Shown piece after piece: positions 1 to 9,447 of a DNA stretch of 64,000 nucleotides. The notes under the pieces are model-generated. The model saw nothing but the letters and a program-made list of their open reading frames with translations, made no database searches and was not told the origin of the DNA. This DNA comes from Eubacteriales bacterium (GTDB lineage: Bacteria > Bacillota > Clostridia > Oscillospirales > CAG-272), in the NCBI GenBank assembly GCA_045127235.1, contig JBGVPY010000022.1:264-64263 (forward strand). The letters are read 5' to 3'. Both the position numbers and the translations under genes were made by a program. Position 1 is the first letter of the stretch, and each line of letters opens with the position of its first letter.

Positions 1-197
1 TATGCATCCACCTTACGCTCTGTCAATCAACAAAGCTTCTCTATAACGGGAGAACCCGTCCAAATCTACTTGCATTTGTGCTTTCGGTTGGCAACTCAGG
101 GATGAGATATTTCATATTTTCACACTGTCTTACACCAACCGACAGCTCTCTATGCTGAATAATTATGAATTTTGTTCCCTTCAAGGTCTTTTAATAT
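1..197 (-). promoter_or_regulatory. Putative T-box-type leader RNA, 5' part only (continues past the left edge toward an off-window gene)
   Basis: Minus-strand transcript from the 204-232 promoter has no ORF. It contains AGAGAG followed by hairpin ctgtc-GGTTGGTGTAA-gacag (Stem I distal-loop-like), an F-box-like CCGTTA, and AAGGTGGA close to the window edge. Confidence 0.4.
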
Positions 198-203
198 AAA
201 TAT

Positions 204-232
204 ATTATAAAGATTTGACAATAATTTGTCAA
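204..232 (-). promoter_or_regulatory. Sigma-A type promoter TTGACA-17-TATAAT
   Basis: Reverse complement of 227-232 is TTGACA and of 204-209 is TATAAT, with an exact 17-nt spacer. The -35 lies in the palindrome TTGACAATAATTTGTCAA. Confidence 0.6.
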
Positions 233-335
233 GCATGAAAATGAATATTTTTTCACTTTTGATTTTTATCACTAAAATAAATAAAAATCACGCCATTTTT
301 TGTGCATATTGCACATACTTTGGCGTGTTTTTTAT

Positions 336-2096
336 TTATTCATATTTAGTTTCGTTTTCTATCTTCTTTGATATTTGCTCTTGAATCAATTTTTCATATG
401 CATAAAAAGCTCCGCCCTCAGCATCTAAAACTTCTTGAGCTTTCAGCCTTGCGGTTTCTTCATCCTTGCCCATTGAAATATAAAGATTTGCATATTCTTC
501 CAATATTTCTTTTTCTTTTTGTGATATCTGCTCTTGCGTTGGATTTATGCCTTCGTTTTGTGCATATGCATATAAGATCATTTTTTGTTTCATTGCTTCT
601 TCAAGATATTCATCTATTGACATATTTAAACTTTTTTCTACATAGTCCTCGAAGCATACGCCATTCATCATTATGAAATCTCTATCTGCTCTTTGGAATT
701 TAGCTAAAAGCTCTTGTTTTTCAAGCTCGGGATATTGCAATATTACAGAATTATCTTCAATATAATTAACATAATTATTTTCTGCCATTTGTCTCTTTAA
801 ATATTTCTCATATTCATATGTCGTATTACAATCAGTACCTGAGTAATTTTGAACAAATTCATCGTTATATTCCTGCACTACATGTAAGCTATCAACGTTA
901 ACCACAAATTCAACCTTTTTTCCTGCAAGCTTATATTCGTAGTAATCATTCGGCATTTGAAGTATAAAGCTTTTTGTTTCGCCTACCTTCATTCCTATAA
1001 TGCTTTGTTCAAATTCAAAATAAGATAAATTTGAGCCAAGATAAAATCTTATTGGTGGGTTTTCAAGAAGAAGCACATCCTCGCCGTTTTCCTTTACTCT
1101 GTTTCCGTTTTCATCAACTAAGTAAGCCAAGTAGCCTACTAACGGTACATCGCCTATATTAACTTCCTTTGTTTTAATTTCAACAATAAAGCGCACCTCT
1201 TTTCCTCTTAGCTCATCGTTTTCGTAGTCATGTGGAATTGTTAACCTGACATATTTTCTTTCACCGATTTTCATTCCTACGATTGCCTTTTGGATTTCTT
1301 CAAGATAAGAGCCTTTTTCAGCGTTTGAAATCAGAAAATTTTCAACACTTAATTCCTCAATTTTATTGCCAAATGTTTCTATTTCACCGGTATAACTTAT
1401 TTCATTAGCATACAAATCCACATATACGCTATCGCCAAGCTGTACGGTATATTCTTTGCTGTACCTCAAAAGCATATCGCAAATCATTCTTTGAATTTCA
1501 AGCATATCAACATTTACTGTATCATCTTTATAATTTGGAAGAATAACATACTCGTTCATATCATAAGAATAAAAATGCTCTCTTGAAAAATCATAGGTTA
1601 TCCATTTAGCATAAACATTTATATTCTCTTTTTTCTCGGAAACATTAATTTTGGCATTTATCACTGCATTATTAAAGTTGTTATCGTAATACCATCCGTT
1701 AAAAACATATCCTCTTTTGGTTGGTGATTTCAATACAATTTCATTATCCTCTATTGTATATATTTCTTTGTTATCCTTGTTGTTTTCCCCACCGTTTAGC
1801 TCGTATGTTATTTTGTATTCTATCGCATTCCATTTGGCTTCAAGAATTATATCAGATGTTACGGTGTCAGATAAAAATGACCATTTTTCCGTACCCACAT
1901 ACCAGCCTATAAATTCATAGCCATCCTTAGTTGGCTCTTGTGGCTCGGTTGCTTTTTCGTGTTTTGCAATTTCCTGTGTCTGAACCTCGCTTCCACCGTT
2001 TGAGTTAAAGGAAACTGTATATGTATCTTTTTTCCCACATCCAATTAGGAGTAACAAAAATAATGATACTACAAAAAACAATAATACTTTTCTCAT
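336..2096 (-). CDS. Lipoprotein with Listeria-Bacteroides (InlB B-type) repeats plus FKBP/trigger-factor-like PPIase-type segments
   Basis: Lipobox LLLIGC. Repeats GYEFIGWY and GYVFNGWYYD. FKBP-like blocks GDSVYVD...RGKEVRFIVEIK and VGETKSF...AGKKVEFVVNV. ATG at 2096 is 7 nt after GGAGG; the track start at 2102 is TTG. Confidence 0.6.
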   Translation of the reverse strand: MRKVLLFFVVSLFLLLLIGCGKKDTYTVSFNSNGGSEVQTQEIAKHEKATEPQEPTKDGYEFIGWYVGTEKWSFLSDTVTSDIILEAKWNAIEYKITYELNGGENNKDNKEIYTIEDNEIVLKSPTKRGYVFNGWYYDNNFNNAVINAKINVSEKKENINVYAKWITYDFSREHFYSYDMNEYVILPNYKDDTVNVDMLEIQRMICDMLLRYSKEYTVQLGDSVYVDLYANEISYTGEIETFGNKIEELSVENFLISNAEKGSYLEEIQKAIVGMKIGERKYVRLTIPHDYENDELRGKEVRFIVEIKTKEVNIGDVPLVGYLAYLVDENGNRVKENGEDVLLLENPPIRFYLGSNLSYFEFEQSIIGMKVGETKSFILQMPNDYYEYKLAGKKVEFVVNVDSLHVVQEYNDEFVQNYSGTDCNTTYEYEKYLKRQMAENNYVNYIEDNSVILQYPELEKQELLAKFQRADRDFIMMNGVCFEDYVEKSLNMSIDEYLEEAMKQKMILYAYAQNEGINPTQEQISQKEKEILEEYANLYISMGKDEETARLKAQEVLDAEGGAFYAYEKLIQEQISKKIENETKYE

Positions 2097-2153
2097 AATC
2101 AAACCTCCTATGCTTGTTATTCAAATTATAGCACATATTTCCTATAAAATCAA

Positions 2154-2190
2154 GCAACCGCAGGTTAACATTTGTCAACCTGCGGTTTGC
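2154..2190 (-). terminator. Intrinsic terminator downstream of ilvE
   Basis: aaccgcaggtt / aacctgcggtt stem, T-rich tail on the minus strand. Confidence 0.55.
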
Positions 2191-2193
2191 ATT

Positions 2194-3258
2194 TTAGCAT
2201 ATTTTGTATATCCAACCAAAGTCATCATTTAGCTTGCCCCATTGGATGCCTGTTAAGGTATCGTAGAGCTTTTGAGTAACCTCACCGATTTTACCACCGT
2301 TTACATCGTACTCTGTTCCGTCATAATAAAATCTTCCGATTGGAGACACAACTGCGGCTGTTCCGCATCCCCACGCTTCCTCTAATTTGCCGTTCTTTAA
2401 AGCTTCGATAAGCTCATCGACAGAAATAAGTCTTTCGCTTACCTTGTAGCCCATTTTCTTTAAAACCTCAATGCAAGATTTTCTTGTAATGCCCGGAAGG
2501 ATTGAGCCTGAAAGCTCAGGAGTTACGATTTCGCCATCAAGCTTAAACATAACATTCATAGCGCCAACCTCTTCGATATATTTTCTATGAATACCATCAA
2601 GCCATAATACCTGAGAATAGCCCTTCTTTGCTGCCTTTTCGCCTGCTCTGTTTGATGCTGCATAGTTACCGCCACATTTAACTGCGCCTGTGCCGCCCTT
2701 TACTGCTCTTACATCCTCGTTTTCAATCATGATTTTAACAGGGTTAATGCCCTCTGCATAATAGCTTCCGCTTGGGGATGCAATAATCATAAATGTTGCT
2801 CTATGTACTGTGTGAACGCCTAATGTTTCATCATTACCAAACATATATGGGCGAAGGTATAATGATGTACCGAATGAGTGTGGAACAAAGTCCTTTTCAA
2901 GCTCAACGAAGGTTGTGAGAGCTTGTAAAAAGTCATTTTCATCAATTTCAGGTAAGCACATACGGTTAGCTGAAGCGTTCATTCTTCTTATATTTTCCAT
3001 TGGTCTAAATAAGCGAATTTCGCCGCTTTCTGTTCTATATGCCTTTAAGCCCTCAAAGATCTCAGAGCCGTAATGTAAAACAGTTGATGCGGGGTGGATT
3101 GAAAGGTATCCAAATGGTACAATTCTTGCATTTTGCCATCCTTTACCCATTTCATAATCCATAATAAACATATGGTCTGTAAATACCTTGCCAAAGCCTA
3201 GTGAAGCTTCGTTTGGTAATTCTGATTTATTTTGTGATTTTGTAATTGTTATTTCCAT
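2194..3258 (-). CDS. ilvE: Branched-chain amino acid aminotransferase (class IV)
   Basis: 354 aa, FGKVFTDHMF N-terminal signature and typical BCAT length. RBS GAGGA. Confidence 0.9.
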   Translation of the reverse strand: MEITITKSQNKSELPNEASLGFGKVFTDHMFIMDYEMGKGWQNARIVPFGYLSIHPASTVLHYGSEIFEGLKAYRTESGEIRLFRPMENIRRMNASANRMCLPEIDENDFLQALTTFVELEKDFVPHSFGTSLYLRPYMFGNDETLGVHTVHRATFMIIASPSGSYYAEGINPVKIMIENEDVRAVKGGTGAVKCGGNYAASNRAGEKAAKKGYSQVLWLDGIHRKYIEEVGAMNVMFKLDGEIVTPELSGSILPGITRKSCIEVLKKMGYKVSERLISVDELIEALKNGKLEEAWGCGTAAVVSPIGRFYYDGTEYDVNGGKIGEVTQKLYDTLTGIQWGKLNDDFGWIYKIC

Positions 3259-3330
3259 TGTTGTATCCTCGTTTTAATTTGCTAAAATACTATGTAAATT
3301 ATAATAGCACAATGATTTTTTCAAGTCAAT

Positions 3331-3345
3331 ATATTTTTGAAAATT
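3331..3345. promoter_or_regulatory. CodY-box-like site upstream of ilvE
   Basis: ATATTTTTGAAAATT matches the CodY consensus AATTTTCWGAAAATT at 12 of 15 positions, about 75 nt upstream of the ilvE start. Confidence 0.3.
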
Positions 3346-3457
3346 TTTGTGAATATTTATTCATTAATATTTTTTTCAAAAAACGAACATTTTTTGAAAA
3401 AATGTGGTAAAATAAACTTATGAATCAAATTAATGACGATTTGTGAGGATATATTAA

Positions 3458-4783
3458 ATGAACAAAAAAGTTTCTAAAGCTTTGCTTTTAATGTTAACGC
3501 TATTATTTGTACTTGGCATGACAAGCTGCATGTTTCTTAGTAGCTATCTAGACTCTTCTGCTTCAACAGATGATATGAAGCCTGATAAAAATGAGGGGCT
3601 TCAAATAAGCTCTGTTGATATAAATAACGATGGGGAGCTAATAATTACTTACACTAATGGTAGCGTACAGAACCTAGGATGTGTTGTCGGTAAAGATGGA
3701 AGCGTAAATGTTGACATAAACGGAAATAGCAACGATGCTTCATTTGCTGTGGCAAATGGTCTTCGCAGTGCGGTTAGCATACAATGTGTTCATAATGTTT
3801 ACAATAAATACGGCAGCTTATCCACATCTGCTTCTGCCGGCTCTGGCGTAATATATAAAATTGATAAGGAAGCAAGCAGCGCATTTATCATTACAAATTA
3901 TCATGTTGTTTATAATGAAAACGCGGTAAATAAAAATGGTATTGCTGACAGTATTAATGTTTTATTTTACGGTAGCGAATATGGTGATATGAAGGTGTCT
4001 GCCACATTCGTTGGCGGTTCAAACAATTATGATATTGCTGTTTTAAGAATTGATAATTGCGAATATTTCAAAAACAATGTATTTATTGAAGCTGATTTTG
4101 ATGACTCGGACAAAATATATGCAGGTCAAAGCGCTATTGCGATTGGTAATCCTGATGGTGCGGGAATTTCGGCATCTTACGGTATTGTAAGTGTATATTC
4201 TGAGCATATCACTTTAAATATCGGCGGTGCTGTTTCCCTTCGCGTTATGAGAATTGACACTCCTGTTAACTCCGGTAACAGCGGTGGTGGTCTATACAAT
4301 GAAAATGGTAAGCTTATTGGAATTGTAAATGCAAAAACAAGTGATACAAGTCTTGAAAACATTGGATATGCTATTCCATCCAATATTGTAAAGGCTGTGG
4401 CTGACAATATAATTGACCATTGCTACGGCACAGAGCTTGAAAGAGTTCAAAGAGCTTTACTAAACATTACCGTGGGAATTTCCGATTCAAGTGCATATTT
4501 AACAGATGATGGACATGTAATGATTAAGGAAACAGTATTTGTTTCCGAGGTAAATAGTGGTGGAATTGCTTATGGCAAGCTAAAGAAAAATGATGTTTTA
4601 CTTTCTGCTAAATTAAATGATAAGGAAATAGCTATTACAAAGCAGCACCAAATCATTGATTTTCTTTTGAATGCAAGAGTTGGAGATACACTATATGTTA
4701 CAGTTGAAAGATCAACATTAACAGGTGTTGAAAATGTTACTGTGGAAATACCTATTACCAAGGATGCAATAAACGAATATTAA
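3458..4783 (+). CDS. Trypsin-like serine protease (S1C/HtrA-like) lipoprotein with C-terminal PDZ-like region
   Basis: Lipobox LGMTSC. TNYHVV (His), NYDIAVL (Asp), NSGNSGGGL (Ser) catalytic motifs. Confidence 0.8.
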   Translation: MNKKVSKALLLMLTLLFVLGMTSCMFLSSYLDSSASTDDMKPDKNEGLQISSVDINNDGELIITYTNGSVQNLGCVVGKDGSVNVDINGNSNDASFAVANGLRSAVSIQCVHNVYNKYGSLSTSASAGSGVIYKIDKEASSAFIITNYHVVYNENAVNKNGIADSINVLFYGSEYGDMKVSATFVGGSNNYDIAVLRIDNCEYFKNNVFIEADFDDSDKIYAGQSAIAIGNPDGAGISASYGIVSVYSEHITLNIGGAVSLRVMRIDTPVNSGNSGGGLYNENGKLIGIVNAKTSDTSLENIGYAIPSNIVKAVADNIIDHCYGTELERVQRALLNITVGISDSSAYLTDDGHVMIKETVFVSEVNSGGIAYGKLKKNDVLLSAKLNDKEIAITKQHQIIDFLLNARVGDTLYVTVERSTLTGVENVTVEIPITKDAINEY

Positions 4784-4814
4784 GAAAATGCTACGCTTGA
4801 TGCGTAGCATTTTC
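4784..4814. terminator. Bidirectional intrinsic terminator
   Basis: gaaaatgctacgc / gcgtagcattttc hairpin between convergent genes. Confidence 0.6.
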
Positions 4815-5468
4815 TTATACAAGTAGATTTTCTATTTCCTTTAGAGATGACACAATATAAGTAGCTCCCGCTTTCTTTAATTCCTCATAAGTGCCGTAGC
4901 CGAAGGTTACGCCAATTGAGTCAAGGCTATATGCTTTTGCTCCGTTAATGTCAAAGCATCTGTCGCCTATCATAAGTATTTTTGTTCTATCCTTTTCCTT
5001 GATATTATCAAGGGCGTATTCAATAACATGCTCCTTGGTGTAGCGCGTTTTTTCGTCTATGGTTGCGCCGCTGATAAAGTCAAAATATTTGTGAATATCA
5101 TAATTTTGTAGGACTATGTGTGCGAAAACCTCTGGCTTTGAGGTGGCAAGGGCAATTTCATAGTCGTTATTCTTTAATGATTCAAGAAACTCCTTAATGC
5201 CATCAAAAAGCTTGCACTCGTTTATTCCCTTAGCCTTATAATATTCTCTGTAAATTTCTATCGCTTTTCTTGATTTTTCTTCATCAAAGCCATAGTATTT
5301 TGAAAACGAATCTACAAGAGGTGGTCCTATAAATTTGCAAAGTGATTTTTTGTCTTCAACGGATATACCATATTTATTTAAAGCATACTCAACGGAGTTG
5401 ATTATACCCTCGCCAGGGTCGGTTAATGTACCATCTAAATCGAATAAAATTGTGGTGTATTTATTCAT
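4815..5468 (-). CDS. HAD-superfamily hydrolase (phosphoglycolate phosphatase-like)
   Basis: FDLDGTLTD motif I, ATSK, GDRCFD motifs. Start moved to the ATG preceded by GAGGAA, 1 nt after the SulP stop. Confidence 0.75.
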   Translation of the reverse strand: MNKYTTILFDLDGTLTDPGEGIINSVEYALNKYGISVEDKKSLCKFIGPPLVDSFSKYYGFDEEKSRKAIEIYREYYKAKGINECKLFDGIKEFLESLKNNDYEIALATSKPEVFAHIVLQNYDIHKYFDFISGATIDEKTRYTKEHVIEYALDNIKEKDRTKILMIGDRCFDINGAKAYSLDSIGVTFGYGTYEELKKAGATYIVSSLKEIENLLV

Positions 5469-5469
5469 T

Positions 5470-7050
5470 TTATTCCTCATAGGTTACAGGGGTGTAATCA
5501 TCTACAATACCTGTTTTAGCCATGATTTTTTCAATTTGGCGGCTTGGTGTGTGAATAATAAGTGTTTTTCCGTTTTCTTCAAGTAGCTTTTTAGTCTCTG
5601 TTAGCATTTCAATTCCCGATGCATCAATGTAGATTACATTCTCTAAGGAAAGAAGTGTATTTGTGGTTTCAGTTGACAAAATTACCTTCTCTATTTTCTC
5701 AATATTGTTAAAGAAAATTGAGCCGTTTATATCAACTTTGCTTCTTATGTGCTGTCTGTTTAGCTCTACTGTTGTTTTTGTTGGCTTAAACTTAACGGTA
5801 ATAAGATACGAGAAAATTGAAAATACGATACCAATAATAATAGCGATTGTTAAATCAAATGCAACGGTTGCAATCATTGTGATTAAGAATTCTGCAATGG
5901 CAATATAGTATTTTTTAGAGAAAATTTCTTTTATTGATTTCCATTCGTTCATTCTAAATGCAGTTACCATTAATACGCCTGCAAGTGCGGCAAGTGGAAT
6001 TTTTGCCATTACAGGGCCTAAAAGGAACATTGAAGCAAGTAAGCCAAGAGCGTGAACGATACCTGCAATTCTTGTTTGACAGCCTGATTTGATAGCTACG
6101 CTTGTTCTTGCAATAGCTGCGGTTGCAGGAACGCCACCGAAGAATGGTATTACTATATTTCCCACACCCTGTGCGATTAATTCTTGGTTTGCATCAAATT
6201 CTTCATTTTTCATTTTTGAGGCAGATGCTCCGCAAAGTAAGCTTTCAATTATAGCAAGTGCTGCTACGCTAAATGCTGGGGATACGTATGAGAAGAAGTT
6301 TTTCCACTGAATTGAGTTAAATGAAAATCTGTCATCAAGGAATATTTTCTTTGGAATGTCGCCAACAACAGCCATATTTTCGCCACCGAAAATTGGAGTT
6401 AAGGATAAAAGTGTAGCAACAATAATACCTACTAATGATGATGGCACTACTGCATTTAGCTTTTTAGGCCAAGCTATCATAACTACAATAACGATTAAGC
6501 CAATAAATACTGAGTAAATATTAAATTGAAAGCCTTCCTTGATAAAGCCGATTATGTTTAAAAAGGAGTTTTCGTGCTTTTCTACTAGGTTTGGAAGTCC
6601 AAAGAAGTTTTGAACCTGACCGAATGCGATAATAAGAGCAATACCTGATGTAAAGCCTGTGATTACAGGGCGTGGAATTTTAGAAACGAATCTGCCTAAT
6701 TTAAATATTGCGCAAAGCAAAATTAAAATGCCGGCAAAGAATGAAACTACAAATACACCCTTAAGTCCTAATGATGAGCCTACAACACCGATAAGCACGG
6801 CTGACATAGCGCCTGTTGGACCGCTTATTTGGAATGATGCGCCTGATAATGCACCGATAATGACACCTGCGATTATTGCGGTAATAAGTCCTGCCTCAGC
6901 ACTTGCTCCGCATTGGATACCAAATGCCAATGCAAGAGGTAATGCTACCGCAGTAACGGTAAGACCTGCAAGTATGTCCTTTAAAAACTTTTTTGAGTTG
7001 TAGCCGCTAAACTCTCTTTTGAGCATAGATGCATATTTTTTAATAAACAT
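5470..7050 (-). CDS. SulP-family anion transporter with C-terminal STAS-like domain
   Basis: 526 aa, multi-TM N-terminal body and a soluble C-terminal ~100 aa, typical SulP layout. Confidence 0.85.
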   Translation of the reverse strand: MFIKKYASMLKREFSGYNSKKFLKDILAGLTVTAVALPLALAFGIQCGASAEAGLITAIIAGVIIGALSGASFQISGPTGAMSAVLIGVVGSSLGLKGVFVVSFFAGILILLCAIFKLGRFVSKIPRPVITGFTSGIALIIAFGQVQNFFGLPNLVEKHENSFLNIIGFIKEGFQFNIYSVFIGLIVIVVMIAWPKKLNAVVPSSLVGIIVATLLSLTPIFGGENMAVVGDIPKKIFLDDRFSFNSIQWKNFFSYVSPAFSVAALAIIESLLCGASASKMKNEEFDANQELIAQGVGNIVIPFFGGVPATAAIARTSVAIKSGCQTRIAGIVHALGLLASMFLLGPVMAKIPLAALAGVLMVTAFRMNEWKSIKEIFSKKYYIAIAEFLITMIATVAFDLTIAIIIGIVFSIFSYLITVKFKPTKTTVELNRQHIRSKVDINGSIFFNNIEKIEKVILSTETTNTLLSLENVIYIDASGIEMLTETKKLLEENGKTLIIHTPSRQIEKIMAKTGIVDDYTPVTYEE

Positions 7051-7125
7051 TTTTATCCCTCTTATGTAAATTTAATTTTATGGTATTTATTTTAGCACTA
7101 AATATTAAAATGTCAATATAGTATA

Positions 7126-7156
7126 AAGAAAAAATTGCTCCGAAGAGCAATTTTTA
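7126..7156 (-). terminator. Intrinsic terminator
   Basis: aaattgctc-cgaa-gagcaattt hairpin with a T-run on the minus strand. Confidence 0.55.
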
Positions 7157-7726
7157 TTTAACAAATCTTTTTTTGGCGATTTCTATGATGCGTAAAATAG
7201 ATGGGCATAGAATAATATTTAAAACTAATTCTATTACGAAATTAATTCCACCAAGTCCAACTAATAACATTCCCATACCTACACCAGCTTCGTTTGCTAA
7301 TACCATAAGATCATCAATGATAAAGATGAAGCAGCCAAGGAAGAAAACACCGGTATTAACAATCGGTGCTATTATTGCAGAGCAAAATACTGCTCCCGTT
7401 GGATGTTTTTTTGATAACAGCTTATATGCAAGTGCAGATAAAAAGCCTGCCAAAAGTCCCTTTAATAGCATTGTTGTAATTCCGCCTGCCGGGCTGTATT
7501 GAACAAACAACGTTGCCTCCGGTATTGCTACTATTGCCGGAATTACCGTTAACCATGCTCCAACTATTGGACCGCATAATGCACCGCCGATTACCACCAC
7601 AGGTAACACAAGAGTTATTGTAACTTGGCTAAAAATAGGAATTTTAATAAAGCTCAATACAGCCGCCAATGCAGTTAAAATTCCCACCAAAGCTATTTTG
7701 CGAATCATGTCCTTATTATTTTTCAT
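7154..7726 (-). CDS. Small polytopic membrane protein, ECF-transporter S-component-like
   Basis: 190 aa with about 5-6 TM segments, good RBS AAGGAGAAG. Substrate not assignable. Confidence 0.45.
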   Translation of the reverse strand: MKNNKDMIRKIALVGILTALAAVLSFIKIPIFSQVTITLVLPVVVIGGALCGPIVGAWLTVIPAIVAIPEATLFVQYSPAGGITTMLLKGLLAGFLSALAYKLLSKKHPTGAVFCSAIIAPIVNTGVFFLGCFIFIIDDLMVLANEAGVGMGMLLVGLGGINFVIELVLNIILCPSILRIIEIAKKRFVK

Positions 7727-7736
7727 AGTCTTCTCC

Positions 7737-8696
7737 TTAACTATCTAAGTGGTTAAATATTTCTTTCCAAACAGCTTCGTCCTGCTCAGTCATTTTATCC
7801 CAATCAAATGACGAAACAAAAAGCGATTTTTCTTCCTTTGTTGCTTTTTTATTACGGGCAAGCTTTGCTCTTTTTTTACCGAATTCTTGAAGATATTTCA
7901 CTGCATTTTCTGTGTAATTTGGATTATGCCCCTTATTTTGAGCAAGCAAGAATTTAATGTTTTCATTATCTTCAAGTCCGTTTTTAAGTATATCATAATG
8001 TACCTTTTTGCACATTTGATCATTTTCAGAATAAATTAAAAGTGCCTTTACATTTGAGTTACTTAGTGATTCTAATGAATTGAATTCAACAAATTTTGGA
8101 TTACACTGTCTTTCAAATTCTACAATGGTTTTACGATATCCCTTTAATATTCCCGGGAAGAACGTGCCTATCATTTTATCAACCGATACAAAGCCGCACA
8201 TTGCTACAATATACGAAATGTCGGGATGTAATGCGGTAATATTAAGTGTGGAAAACGCCCCCCAGCTATGTCCCATTACTGAGATGTCATAAGATGAGTA
8301 TATTTCGTGGGATTTAAGCATGGTAATACAATCGTTAAGGTCGCATAGGGATTGAGCAAGACCGTTTGGAGTTTCGCCCTCGGATTCCATACATCCTGTA
8401 TGGTCGTAGGAGAAAACCTTGTAGCCGTGTCTGCATAAAAGCTCAATTTCCTTCATATATGCTCTGTGTCCACCGCCAAAGCCGTGGTCAAAAACTACTA
8501 ATCTGTTTGGAATTGGATTTTCGTACTGATAAAAGTAGCCTTTAAGTGTATGATTCTTAGATGATTTAAAGGAGTGCTCTGTTTTTTGAAGTCCTTTAAA
8601 ATCCTCGTTTGAAAAATAGAATACAGTTTCAGTATCATCGCATCTATTATGCATCATACTCTTATATAGGTTTAAAATTTGCTTTTCAAAAATCAT
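7737..8696 (-). CDS. Alpha/beta hydrolase
   Basis: GHSWG nucleophile elbow. Track start is GTG; the ATG at 8696 follows AAAGGAGAAG. Confidence 0.7.
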   Translation of the reverse strand: MIFEKQILNLYKSMMHNRCDDTETVFYFSNEDFKGLQKTEHSFKSSKNHTLKGYFYQYENPIPNRLVVFDHGFGGGHRAYMKEIELLCRHGYKVFSYDHTGCMESEGETPNGLAQSLCDLNDCITMLKSHEIYSSYDISVMGHSWGAFSTLNITALHPDISYIVAMCGFVSVDKMIGTFFPGILKGYRKTIVEFERQCNPKFVEFNSLESLSNSNVKALLIYSENDQMCKKVHYDILKNGLEDNENIKFLLAQNKGHNPNYTENAVKYLQEFGKKRAKLARNKKATKEEKSLFVSSFDWDKMTEQDEAVWKEIFNHLDS

Positions 8697-8738
8697 ACTG
8701 CTTCTCCTTTTCACATACTGTTCTACGCCTTTATGATA

Positions 8739-9365
8739 TCATATTTTTTTGCAAAGGTCAATAAAGTACTTAAAAATTTCTATTCCGTTTTCGGTTTTAT
8801 CGGTGGTCATTCTTTCGGGGTGGAACTGCACGCCGATATATGGCTTTGAGATATGCTCTACCGCTTCTACGGTGCCATCCATTGAATAGGCAGATACTAT
8901 AAGTCCTTTACCTAATTGGTTTATTGCTTGATGATGGGAGCTATTGACAAAGAAATAATCGCCGTACAGATTAAATAACACGCTTTTGGGGTTAGCCTTT
9001 AATGTGTGAATGTTATCATTACCATTTTTTGAAGTATGGTCAGATGCATTTGATAGGTGCTGGATAAGATTACCACCTAAAATGACATTTAAAAGCTGAT
9101 GGCCTCGGCATATTCCTAAAATAGGCTTGCCTGTTTCAAGGAATTTTTTTGTAATTTCAAATTCTCTTTTATCCCTCTCTATATCAAAATCATAGCTACC
9201 GTTTACACCTTCGCCATAATATGATGGTTGGATATCGTTGCCGCCACAAAGGATGAGTCCATCGCAATCGGTTGTGTCCTCATTTAGCACCGCTTCTGCT
9301 CCGCAACTTTCTACGAAATTTATATAATTTTCGCTTTTTTGGTTTGCTAATAAAAGTATTTTCAT
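8739..9365 (-). CDS. Class I glutamine amidotransferase / peptidase C26 (gamma-glutamyl hydrolase-like)
   Basis: GICRGHQLLN and VQFHPE motifs. The start is uncertain, either 9365 or 9395. Confidence 0.75.
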   Translation of the reverse strand: MKILLLANQKSENYINFVESCGAEAVLNEDTTDCDGLILCGGNDIQPSYYGEGVNGSYDFDIERDKREFEITKKFLETGKPILGICRGHQLLNVILGGNLIQHLSNASDHTSKNGNDNIHTLKANPKSVLFNLYGDYFFVNSSHHQAINQLGKGLIVSAYSMDGTVEAVEHISKPYIGVQFHPERMTTDKTENGIEIFKYFIDLCKKI

Positions 9366-9447
9366 ATTTTGCCTTTTTGTATTGAAATTTTTCATTTAAA
9401 ACATTATAATATACATATATTAAAAAGTCAACTATTGGGAGATAATT

